Below are positions 51,205 through 60,305 of a stretch of 64,000 nt of DNA, in pieces (the stretch's first letter is position 1; each line of letters starts with the position of its first letter). This DNA is from Candidatus Poribacteria bacterium (lineage in GTDB: Bacteria; Poribacteria; WGA-4E; WGA-3G): assembly GCA_965215265.1 (NCBI GenBank), contig OZ244048.1, positions 2,624,001 to 2,688,000 on the forward strand, given 5' to 3'. The notes under the pieces were generated by a model. That model did no database searches. It had not been told where the DNA came from and worked only from the letters and a program-made list of their open reading frames with translations. A program made the translations under genes and the position numbers.

Positions 51205-51504
51205 CTACAGCAGCTGCTTTTGAACACTGTCAACTTTGTCCTCGATTGTTTGGGTTCGATCAATTCGTGTACCAAACTTAAGTGTCGTGGTAATTCGAGG
51301 CGCGCCCATCTCATGGACTACCTCATGACAACGTCGAATCGCCGTGAAAACGGCATCCCATTCCCCTTCAATGTTCGTCCCGTAGGCGTGCAGTTGCGTT
51401 GTCAAACCTGCTTCTTGCAGCACATTTTCACAAGCGACGACATATTTTGATACCGAAACGCCAACCCCCATTGGGACGACACACAGATCGGCAATGACTT
51501 TCAT
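51205..51504 (-). CDS. MTH1187/DUF77 thiamine-binding-like protein
   Basis: CVVPMG..SVSKYV, LHAYGTNIEGEW and RCHE motifs. Confidence 0.92.
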   Translation of the reverse strand: MKVIADLCVVPMGVGVSVSKYVVACENVLQEAGLTTQLHAYGTNIEGEWDAVFTAIRRCHEVVHEMGAPRITTTLKFGTRIDRTQTIEDKVDSVQKQLL

Positions 51505-52442
51505 GCGGTTCTCCTTAACTGTTGCAAGACATATTGAGACAGTGGGGTTGCCCCCGACGTAGCGACTCCGTCGTCTATCTGCGCCGGGGTCATCATCCCC
51601 GGTACAACGCTGCTGACTGCCGGGTGCGCTAAGATAAATTTGAGCGCGGCTTGAGGTAAACTGCGTGCTTCCTTCTCAACAATCGCTTTAATCTCTTCTA
51701 CCCTCTCTAAATCTGACAGGAATTTCTCATGCGGCCACGTCTTCCGATAATCGTTTTCGGCAAATACAGTATCAGGCGTGAGTTGTCCGGATAGCAGCCC
51801 TGACGACAGCGGCTGCCGCACAACAACAGCGATTCCCTTTTCCCGGGCAGTTGTCATCACCGGAGATGCCATGCCCTGTGTCAGAATATTGTACGTTAGC
51901 ATTAGGGAAGAAATATCCGTTTCGGATACTGCCCTCAGTGCGTCCGCCTCACTACCGAGGCACAACCCGTAAAATAGAATCTTCCCCTCCGACTTGAGCT
52001 CCGCCATCGTGCCGAACGCTTCATCCCAGGCATCAGTTGGCGGTGGTGCATGAAATTGATAGATGTCTATCATATCGCGACCCAATCGGTTAAGACTCCC
52101 TTCAACGGCGCGTCGGATATAAGCAGGCGAAACGTTAAAATCAGGATGTTCCCAGCCGCCGCTAATCCAGCCATCGGAGTCCAATTCGAAGCCGAGCTTC
52201 GTCGCAATCACCACCCGGTCGCCGAGCCCTGAGAACGCCTCGCCTAATAGCCGCTCCGCACGTCCGCCGCCATACTGATCCGCCGTATCATAATAGGTAA
52301 TACCTTTTTCAAAAGCGTATCGGAGTAAATTGACTGCATCGGTTGCGTCTATATCACCCCATTCTCGACCGCCCAGTTCCCACGTGCCCATTCCGAGCTC
52401 AGAGACGCTCAACCCTGTGTTTCCTAATTTACGGTGTTGCAT
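51501..52442 (-). CDS. Aldo/keto reductase
   Basis: LGNTGLSVSELGMG, DTADQYG, IATK and IDIYQFH motifs. Confidence 0.93.
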   Translation of the reverse strand: MQHRKLGNTGLSVSELGMGTWELGGREWGDIDATDAVNLLRYAFEKGITYYDTADQYGGGRAERLLGEAFSGLGDRVVIATKLGFELDSDGWISGGWEHPDFNVSPAYIRRAVEGSLNRLGRDMIDIYQFHAPPPTDAWDEAFGTMAELKSEGKILFYGLCLGSEADALRAVSETDISSLMLTYNILTQGMASPVMTTAREKGIAVVVRQPLSSGLLSGQLTPDTVFAENDYRKTWPHEKFLSDLERVEEIKAIVEKEARSLPQAALKFILAHPAVSSVVPGMMTPAQIDDGVATSGATPLSQYVLQQLRRTA

Positions 52443-52516
52443 TGCGCACCCTCACGTCTATTTTTGGGTCCTATTTTATAGGATTCACGTGCATTTGTCA
52501 ATCCTACCTTCCTAGC

Positions 52517-52546
52517 GTCTTGATTCCAAACGGGTGCAATTCAAAG
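52517..52546 (-). CRISPR. Solitary degenerate CRISPR-like repeat
   Basis: GTCTTGATTCCAAACGGGTGCAATTCAAAG resembles the 30-nt GTTTCAATTCC...ATTAAAAG repeat class. Single copy, ~550 bp upstream of csx1. Confidence 0.45.
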
Positions 52547-53014
52547 GCAGCCTCTCCCAACTCCCGCTTCTCCTACCAGCCCTCAACTCCTACCCTGCCT
52601 GATCTTGACTGAAAAAGCCGCTTCACACACCAAACCCCTCAACTCTTGCTCTACCCAATTATGACACCATTTAGTGAACGCCTCACACAAAATAATCCAC
52701 GCCTTCTCGAAAAACAAATCTCATCACAAACTACCTAAAGCCCCTGCACCCATGTCAAAACTTCACAATACACCAAATACTTCTTATCCTATAAATCCTC
52801 AAATCCTGATTTAGACAAATTAAAACATGGTAGAATCACTAAAATCAGCTTAACCTGAAAAAAAGTGCAATTGTACTTAACACCCCGATAAAAACATGAT
52901 ATAATTGTAAGGTAACAGGTTAACTGAAAAAATTGCAGAATGGAATTGACATGCTAAGCTGGAATAGATTTTCTATGAATCAAGGAGTCGAGTGGAGATA
53001 AAGCAAAAAAAGTT

Positions 53015-53043
53015 TTGACTTTAAATCGCAAATCTGCTATATT
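53015..53043 (+). promoter_or_regulatory. Sigma70 promoter for csx1
   Basis: TTGACT-17 bp-TATATT with extended TG. Confidence 0.5.
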
Positions 53044-53100
53044 TTGTTTCTGAAAATAAATATGTTTTAAGCAAACTTCTGTGAACGGGAAACGTGCATA

Positions 53101-54912
53101 ATGGTAATTATTATGGAGACAACGAATTATCGCCCAGAGGATGAATCACAGACAGAAGATAAGCACCATATTCTACTAACCAGCCTTGGAACAGCCGCGA
53201 GACAAACAAAGTACCAATTGAATCAGCAGCTCGCTACTGCGGAACTCGCGCCACTTGCATTAGTGCAACTTTTGGACAACTCGCTAAAACCGAATCGCGT
53301 TATTGTGACGGTTACAAAAGGGGCCAAGACGGCCAAAGAGAGAGATAGCGGGAAGCTGATATTAGGTATCTTCAAAAAAGGAATTAAAGAGGTGCTGGGT
53401 TTTGAACCTGAAGTTGTTGATATTCCTGATGGCAGTGACGAAGACGAAATTCGCCAGCTTCTCGAAAACGTTGCGAAAAGCATTCCCGAAAGTGCAGAGC
53501 TCACGCTTGATGTCACGCATGGACTCAGACACTTTCCATTCATCTTTTACGCCTTAGCACTCTACCTCCAATCGCTTCGCAATGTAAGGATTCGCGGGGC
53601 CTACTACGGCATGATGGAAGGCTCTCAGCACACCAAACCAATCGTTGATTTGCAACCGTTACTCGAATTGCCAAAGTGGTTCTATGCGGTACAGATGTTT
53701 AAAGACCGAGGGACGGCGTTGCCCATAGCAGAACTAGTGGCCCCGCTGCGAGATAGGCTAGTGCAGCAAACCACAGAGTTGTTCAGAGCAAATAAGGAAA
53801 CCGAGGCACACCAGTGGAGTAAGAACAGGAATCGGGCCAAAGCCTCTGTTGAGTCACTCGAGAAGCATGCGTTCGCTTATGAGTCAGCCCTACCGGTGGA
53901 ATTGGGCAAGGCCAGCAATGAGCTTATCGAGCGAATTCAAAAACTCACTGAAATTGATAAAGTGAGTCTTCCACTGTTTACCGAGGAGTTAACACAGAAC
54001 ATTGCCGAGGCTGCTAAGAAATTGGCCCTATCGCCAGAAGTTAGCAAGAGACATTGGAAAGAGGATATTGCTTTGGATATAACTGAATTGGAACGTCAGG
54101 CTCAAATGATCGATCAGTATCTGGAGCGCGGTCAACTTTCCTTGGCGATAGGGTTGATGCGCGAATGGGTAGTTTCTTGGAGCATACTTCAGTCGGAAGA
54201 AACTGAGGGATGGCTAAAACGTGAGGCACGCAAGCGAAGTGAACGACGTTTAGGTGCACTTGCGGAATTTGCGAAGAGTTCTCATGTTATTACGCCAGAG
54301 CAACAAGCATTCGGCACCTTCTGGGACCAACTTACAGACAAACTACGGAATGCACTCCACCACCATGGGATGCGGCCTGAGGCACTTGAAGAACCCCCTG
54401 ACATATTAGAAAAATCAGTGAAGTCCTTTTGGAATCAGCTCAAAGCGGGTAAAATCGCTCTGCCGCAATTAGGCGGCGGGAGCGGAAAGCTACTCCTTTC
54501 ACCGCAAGGAACGCGACCGGGCGTGCTGTTCTCAGCATTAAAGGCCACCAAACCTGATTCCTGTCTCGTCATTTGTTCGAACGAATCAGCGAGCAGCATC
54601 CCTGAAGCTGCTGAATGTGCGGCATTTAATGGAACCCTCGAACAGATTAAATTGAAGGACCCCCACGGTGGTTTCGATGAAATTAGCAAGGCAGCTAAAT
54701 GTGCCCATGAGTATATACTCAACGCAGACACGGTGCTGGCGAATGTGACCGGGGGCACAACACTGATGGGACTCATTGTACAACAGTTGGTCGAAAAATC
54801 GCAGTACTTAGATCGGCACGTACGACGTTTTGCCCTCATTGACCGCCGCACACCAGCTGAACAGGACAGCCATCCGTTTGTGGAAGGTGAGCACCATTGG
54901 ATCGACGGATAG
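53101..54912 (+). CDS. csx1: Csx1/TM1812-family CARF-HEPN ribonuclease with an additional C-terminal CARF domain
   Basis: LLTSLGT and DVTHG (DxTHG); HEPN RNALHH; C-terminal SPQGTRPG...NVTGGT. Confidence 0.88.
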   Translation: MVIIMETTNYRPEDESQTEDKHHILLTSLGTAARQTKYQLNQQLATAELAPLALVQLLDNSLKPNRVIVTVTKGAKTAKERDSGKLILGIFKKGIKEVLGFEPEVVDIPDGSDEDEIRQLLENVAKSIPESAELTLDVTHGLRHFPFIFYALALYLQSLRNVRIRGAYYGMMEGSQHTKPIVDLQPLLELPKWFYAVQMFKDRGTALPIAELVAPLRDRLVQQTTELFRANKETEAHQWSKNRNRAKASVESLEKHAFAYESALPVELGKASNELIERIQKLTEIDKVSLPLFTEELTQNIAEAAKKLALSPEVSKRHWKEDIALDITELERQAQMIDQYLERGQLSLAIGLMREWVVSWSILQSEETEGWLKREARKRSERRLGALAEFAKSSHVITPEQQAFGTFWDQLTDKLRNALHHHGMRPEALEEPPDILEKSVKSFWNQLKAGKIALPQLGGGSGKLLLSPQGTRPGVLFSALKATKPDSCLVICSNESASSIPEAAECAAFNGTLEQIKLKDPHGGFDEISKAAKCAHEYILNADTVLANVTGGTTLMGLIVQQLVEKSQYLDRHVRRFALIDRRTPAEQDSHPFVEGEHHWIDG

Positions 54913-54940
54913 AAAAGATACGGGCATCCTATAGAAAACC

Positions 54941-54969
54941 TTGACATCCACGGAACTTTGTGTTATACC
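54941..54969 (+). promoter_or_regulatory. Possible internal promoter for the cmr operon
   Basis: TTGACA-17 bp-TATACC with extended TG. Confidence 0.45.
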
Positions 54970-55047
54970 TTCTCTATCAATAGAAGCAAAAGATGCACAG
55001 TTTTCGGCAGAACCCCTGATGATCGAACTGCATTTCAAGGAGATAGC

Positions 55048-55914
55048 ATGGATAAGATGACGTTGAAACTCCAAACCGTGACACCGATGTTCCTACACGG
55101 TCATGACAGTGGGACATTGGAACTTCGGCCGCCCCCCTTTAAGGCACTCTTTCGTTACTGGTGGCGGGCAGCGGTGGCAGAAATGGATGTAAGTGAATTA
55201 CGCAAGGGGGAGGGCCGCTTATTCGGTAGTGCCGATAGTAAATCTCCTCGAAAATCTCCTCTATCGATTCGTGTATCTCGTCAATTGTATGATAGTTATG
55301 ACTATGCCCTTCTTCCTCATAAACAAAGACCGTTTAAGAGAGAAGCTTATAAGTCTAAGCAGAACTTCGAGCTTAGACTCGCAGCCCCGCAGCTTGATGA
55401 ATATGAAAAAATCGCTGAGCTCGGGTTCTTACTCGGTGGTGTCGGCAATCGTTCGAGAAGAGGTTTCGGTTCTATCCGTTATCAGGATTGGAATTTCCAG
55501 ACAGTTGAAGAGCTCCAAGAAAAGGTCTATGGAGTACTCAATGGAATTTCCCCGGAACGATTCCAGAACGATGTAGGTAATGGCGGGATTCAACAGGTTG
55601 ACCCTGGAATTCCGCTGCCAGATTATCCCGTCATCCGAGCTGTCTATTTTGGCAAGAAATTATGCGATAATGTTGATAGCCTCCTCCAGCACCTCGGGCG
55701 TGCGACACATCATCACAACAAGGACGTTTTGGGTAATGGTGCTCTGGGAAGTGCCAGCCCGCGGAGGGCTTCTCCAATCCACATCCGCATTCAGAAGATC
55801 GGCACCCTATTTATTCCGATTGCCACGCAACTCCATTCTGTCTTTCCAGACCGACCTAATCAAGAAGATTATGAGGAAAGACAGTTCGATTTCATTAATA
55901 CAGTTTTGTCGTAG
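55048..55914 (+). CDS. cmr1: Type III-B RAMP Cmr1
   Basis: VTPMFLHG, ELRPP..LFRYWWRA and GGVGNRSRRGFG motifs, with AAGGAG RBS. Confidence 0.95.
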   Translation: MDKMTLKLQTVTPMFLHGHDSGTLELRPPPFKALFRYWWRAAVAEMDVSELRKGEGRLFGSADSKSPRKSPLSIRVSRQLYDSYDYALLPHKQRPFKREAYKSKQNFELRLAAPQLDEYEKIAELGFLLGGVGNRSRRGFGSIRYQDWNFQTVEELQEKVYGVLNGISPERFQNDVGNGGIQQVDPGIPLPDYPVIRAVYFGKKLCDNVDSLLQHLGRATHHHNKDVLGNGALGSASPRRASPIHIRIQKIGTLFIPIATQLHSVFPDRPNQEDYEERQFDFINTVLS

Positions 55915-55923
55915 GAGAGTGCA

Positions 55924-57819
55924 ATGTCTGAAAACCTAATTTTATTCACGATTACCCCGGTTCAGCAATTTATCACAACGGCACGCAAGACAGAGGATTT
56001 GTGGCTCGGTAGCTATATCCTCTCACATCTCAACGCAACTGCAATCGAGCAGATTTACAATAGAGATGGTGTGGAGATTATCTATCCGGCGATTGGGGAC
56101 GGCTCTCCTTTTGAATTCTGGGAAGGTGCGGACCTTACGCTGCCGTCGTTCCCGAATCTCTTTCTCGCTAGGAGCGAGGAGCTATCTATCGGTGAATTAA
56201 CCTGCATAATGAAGTTTACCGAGAATGTCGTCCAAACTGAATTTAAACAGATGGCAAGACACGCCGTTGAAATTTTCGTTCAAACGGTTAATAATCGAGC
56301 ATGGGACAATACTTACGCAGATCAACTCTTTGAAAAACAGATTAACAATTTTTTGCAGCTCTATTGGGTCATTTCCAATAAAGGTGAAAACGACTATAAA
56401 GAGTGGTATGCACGAACGACCGCGCAGCTCGCCTCAATCAAAAATTGCCGAGTTTTTCAGCAAGTCAGCGAAAATGGGCGAAAATGTTCACTTTGTGGAC
56501 AACGGGGGATATTTCACAACGGTCAACGTGCCCCGATGGAGTGGTGGAAACGATTTGCACAGCGGCGTGTCAAATATTGTCGACCGGGCGAGGCACTTTG
56601 CACAGTCTGTCTTACCAAACGGCTCGCCAAGCTCTATTTTGAAGATAGATATGATGACTTTAAAACCCACACTTTTCCCTCAACATCGGAAATCTCCACC
56701 GCTGATTTTAAACATCAGATTGTTCATAACACCGAAAACCTGGGCAAGTACGAGGAGTTTGTGGAGTCCGTTGAGAGCCTTAGAAATACTGATGGTTACT
56801 CTCTTAAAGGGACTACAGATCCCGTACCAAAACTCAGAAGCATCCAAAAAGACTGGAATAATGTCGATGGCGATTGGCTGTTTGAAGGTGCCTTCTCAAA
56901 GCAAAATCTGGAACGTTACTACGGCGTTGATAGAGACGTGCACAGCTCCACCATCGAAAAGTGTGAGCGGTTACGTCGGGGACTGCTCCAAGACATTGGG
57001 GTGGAGCCGAGTCCATATTTCGCCGTGATTCTCCTCGATGGAGACGGAATGGGGGAAATAATCTCGCAAGTCAAGGATGCAGAGGCACATGCAAAGATCA
57101 GTCGTCAACTGAACAAGTATACCCTTGCCGTCAAACAGATCGTAGATAGCGATTATCTCGGCAAATTGCTCTATGCCGGGGGCGATGACGTACTCGCCTT
57201 GGCAAATCTCAAAGATCTGCTGGATATCCTTCATCAGTTGCGGAAGAAGTTTCCGAACTTAACCCCTTGCGGATCCTCTGCCTCTACCGCCTCTGCCGGT
57301 GTTTGCATCGCCCACTGCAAAATGCCACTTAGCGATGTACTGACGCGCACACGTAAGATGGAACGCGCAGCTAAAGCCGTTGATGGGAAGAATGCACTCG
57401 GTATCGCCTTGATAAAGCACTCCGGGAACGTCTCACAGACAGTTTTTAAATGGAAATACAAAATTGAAAATGGATCAGACTGCCTCGATATGATGGAAGT
57501 GAGCCGAAACCTCGTCGAACTTCTCAAAAAGGGCGAAGTTTCAAAGAAGTTCCTATACACCTTCCGCGAAGCCTTCACACGCCTCACAAATCAAGATGGT
57601 GAGTTTGAATTTCCGGACATCCTAGCAGCTGAGCTCAAACGTTTAATCTGGCGTGCAGCGAGTGAAAAAGCACGTTCAGATACAGAGATTAAAGAACGCA
57701 TTGACAAAAATGTTCAAGACTTAACCGCCCTTTTAAGGAAAAGCCGGATGAAATTTGCAGACCTCGTCAGCTTCTTAGAAATTATTAACTTTATCGCACG
57801 AGAGGACAAAACGGAATGA
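55924..57819 (+). CDS. cas10: Cas10/Cmr2 lacking the HD domain, cyclase palm intact
   Basis: PVQQFITTARKTEDLWLGS at the very N-terminus, CSLC...CTVC, DGDGMG and YAGGDD. Confidence 0.96.
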   Translation: MSENLILFTITPVQQFITTARKTEDLWLGSYILSHLNATAIEQIYNRDGVEIIYPAIGDGSPFEFWEGADLTLPSFPNLFLARSEELSIGELTCIMKFTENVVQTEFKQMARHAVEIFVQTVNNRAWDNTYADQLFEKQINNFLQLYWVISNKGENDYKEWYARTTAQLASIKNCRVFQQVSENGRKCSLCGQRGIFHNGQRAPMEWWKRFAQRRVKYCRPGEALCTVCLTKRLAKLYFEDRYDDFKTHTFPSTSEISTADFKHQIVHNTENLGKYEEFVESVESLRNTDGYSLKGTTDPVPKLRSIQKDWNNVDGDWLFEGAFSKQNLERYYGVDRDVHSSTIEKCERLRRGLLQDIGVEPSPYFAVILLDGDGMGEIISQVKDAEAHAKISRQLNKYTLAVKQIVDSDYLGKLLYAGGDDVLALANLKDLLDILHQLRKKFPNLTPCGSSASTASAGVCIAHCKMPLSDVLTRTRKMERAAKAVDGKNALGIALIKHSGNVSQTVFKWKYKIENGSDCLDMMEVSRNLVELLKKGEVSKKFLYTFREAFTRLTNQDGEFEFPDILAAELKRLIWRAASEKARSDTEIKERIDKNVQDLTALLRKSRMKFADLVSFLEIINFIAREDKTE

Positions 57820-58916
57820 GATTATTCCTGAGACCGAGTGATACCTTTTTCTTCCGCGACGGCCGCCCTTTCACGCGTGGAGAGCAATCCGAGGGTTACT
57901 CCATAGAAACCCCGTTTCCATCAACTGTGATGGGTGCCCTACGGAGTGCTTACATCGCCTTTTGTGGGGATATGACACAGTTCTCCAACGGGCAGCTGGA
58001 AACTGTTATTGGTACCAGGCAGTCTATTGAAAATGCGGAGATCCAAATCAAGGGGGTGTTTTTAGGAAGTTCTGACCAGAAGCTCTACTATTCAACACCG
58101 CGCGATCTCGTATCCGAAAAGAAGTCGGACAGCCGGGAGCTGCACCCACTATCGCTCGCACTACCAGAGCAAGAACAATTCACCTCTAGTGCTACCGGAT
58201 CCGAAGTGAGCACTTTTCTCAGATGGAGCAACTCAAAGATGCAGGTCGAACACACCAGCGGTTATATTTCCTGCTGCGGTTTGCGGCGGTACCTACGGGG
58301 TAACATGCAGGGGTTGACATCAGAAAGCCCAGAAATTATTGATGAACCTAAGGTGGGTATCGCCCGAAGTCGCAAGACACTCACAGCTGACGAGGGTATG
58401 CTCTACCGAATCAACATGAAACGTTTCCGGGAATCGAAATACGGATTTGTCGTTGACGTTAAGGGCGTTGATTGTCTTCCGGAAAGCGCGTTGATTAAAC
58501 TAGGCGGGGAAGGCAAGAGTTTTGCCTACAATAAGATTTCACAACAGACCGATCCACTTTCAAAGGGAGACCGGACGCACATCAGAGACAGGATCGATAA
58601 GTCACGGAAATTCAAACTCTATTTAGCGACCCCTGCGATTTTCAACAAGGGGTGGCTACCGGAGGGACTCCACCCCAATATCGAGTTGATTACCGCCGCG
58701 GTTGGAAACTATGTAACTGTCGGTGGGTGGGATATGGCAAAGAACCGTCCTAAGAGTACGTATCGGGCAGTACCTGCTGGCAGTGTTTACTATTTTTGTT
58801 TACGCAACAGCACAACCAAAACCGAGACAATTTTAAACGACTTGCATTACCAGAACATTGGAGACCAACGCAGGCAAGAGGGGTTTGGCCTTGCGTATGT
58901 TGGTACAATCTCATAA
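57816..58916 (+). CDS. cmr3: Type III-B Cmr3
   Basis: DTFFFRDGRPF, LGGEG, GGWD..PK..AVPAGSVY and GFG motifs. Confidence 0.95.
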   Translation: MRLFLRPSDTFFFRDGRPFTRGEQSEGYSIETPFPSTVMGALRSAYIAFCGDMTQFSNGQLETVIGTRQSIENAEIQIKGVFLGSSDQKLYYSTPRDLVSEKKSDSRELHPLSLALPEQEQFTSSATGSEVSTFLRWSNSKMQVEHTSGYISCCGLRRYLRGNMQGLTSESPEIIDEPKVGIARSRKTLTADEGMLYRINMKRFRESKYGFVVDVKGVDCLPESALIKLGGEGKSFAYNKISQQTDPLSKGDRTHIRDRIDKSRKFKLYLATPAIFNKGWLPEGLHPNIELITAAVGNYVTVGGWDMAKNRPKSTYRAVPAGSVYYFCLRNSTTKTETILNDLHYQNIGDQRRQEGFGLAYVGTIS

Positions 58917-58936
58917 CGGTAAGAAAGGAAAGTTTT

Positions 58937-59899
58937 ATGTTCAAATCTGCAAAACCTTTGTTCTTGATCGTTGAAACACCGCTCCATGCTGGCAGCGGCA
59001 GTGACCTCGGCATCGTAGACCTGCCGATCCAACGAGAGAGACACACGGATTATCCGAAGATCGAAGCTTCCGGAATCAAAGGGAGCATCCGGGAGATTTT
59101 TAGTACGCGCCCAGATTTGAAGAATCTTGAGCGCGGTTGGAATATCGATGCCGTCGAGAATCAGGACTACCAACTCTCTATTAATTTGACCTTCGGGCCC
59201 GAGGAGGGTGATTTGTACGCAGGAGCATTAGGTTTTACCGACGCACGGCTCTTGCTGTTCCCTGTGAAATCAGTTTCGGGGGTGTTCGGATGGATCACGT
59301 GCCCAGTTGTCCTTGAACGGTTCAAGCAAGACCTATCCATCTGCAACCGGGGTATCTCACTTGATGGAGACCTACCGGTTGAAAATCAAGTCCCGCCTGG
59401 GAGCGATCTCATTGTCAGCGACAACCAGATTGTTCTGGAGGAGTACACCTTTGAAATTGAGGAAACCACCGAGTGTGCAACATTGGGCGAGTGGATTTCA
59501 GAAAACTGCTTGCCCTCGGACGATGCTTACAATTATTGGCGTAAGAAAATAGAGACGAGCCTCGTAGTACTGAGTGACGACGATTTTCGAGATTTCGTTA
59601 CGCTCTCAACAGAAGTGATCACCCGAATCAAAATCGACAGTAAAACAGGCACTGTTCAAACCAGGGCACTGTGGTCCGAGGAATATCTGCCAACGGATTC
59701 TATCCTCTACTCGCTTGTGCTGACGACACCCATATTTCAGGAAAACGACTCTGATAAAGGGATTTTCAAAAAAGAGGGGGTCGATGAGTCGGAACAGGTA
59801 ATGGAATTTTTTGAAGATGGACTGCCATCTATAATTCAACTCGGTGGAAATGCTACAATCGGTAAAGGGATTATTCGGACAAAAATCTACCAAGATTAA
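58937..59899 (+). CDS. cmr4: Type III-B RAMP Cmr4
   Basis: TPLHAGSG, IVDLPIQRE (catalytic Asp present) and QLGGNATIGKG. Confidence 0.96.
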   Translation: MFKSAKPLFLIVETPLHAGSGSDLGIVDLPIQRERHTDYPKIEASGIKGSIREIFSTRPDLKNLERGWNIDAVENQDYQLSINLTFGPEEGDLYAGALGFTDARLLLFPVKSVSGVFGWITCPVVLERFKQDLSICNRGISLDGDLPVENQVPPGSDLIVSDNQIVLEEYTFEIEETTECATLGEWISENCLPSDDAYNYWRKKIETSLVVLSDDDFRDFVTLSTEVITRIKIDSKTGTVQTRALWSEEYLPTDSILYSLVLTTPIFQENDSDKGIFKKEGVDESEQVMEFFEDGLPSIIQLGGNATIGKGIIRTKIYQD

Positions 59900-59909
59900 G
59901 GAGACGAGA

Positions 59910-60305
59910 ATGCAAGAAAATAGCATCCGGTATGTCGAACAGGGGCGCGCAAAATTCGCTTATGATTGCGTTCAGAAGGTTGTCCAAGATAAGGATACAG
60001 AGTGGCAGAAAAAGTACAAGTCCGGCGCGAAAAAACTGCCCACGCTCATCCAAACTAATGGACTTGCACAAGCATTAGCATTCATCAATAACCGGGATGA
60101 GGGAAACAAAGAACTCTATAATATGATTGGTAAATGGTTAAACCGTAAGCAACTTGTTAAGAATTCTGATAGTGAGCTGGTTGATATCGTTATTAGTAAA
60201 CCCTCCAATGAATATCGCCGGATTACCACCGAAACGTTGGCATTGTTGAATTGGGTCAGACGATTCGTTGATGGATTGATGAAGGATGTGGAGGAAGAAA
60301 ACTAA
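59910..60305 (+). CDS. cmr5: Type III-B small subunit Cmr5
   Basis: EQGRAKFAY, LPTLIQTNGL and WVRRF motifs. Confidence 0.95.
   Translation: MQENSIRYVEQGRAKFAYDCVQKVVQDKDTEWQKKYKSGAKKLPTLIQTNGLAQALAFINNRDEGNKELYNMIGKWLNRKQLVKNSDSELVDIVISKPSNEYRRITTETLALLNWVRRFVDGLMKDVEEEN

Noticed and set aside
52786-52818. ATCCT-based short tandem repeats
   Set aside because: Simple low-complexity repeat without spacers; not CRISPR.
56225-57028. 267-aa alternative-frame ORF inside cas10
   Set aside because: Shadow ORF over a well-supported gene, with no motifs.
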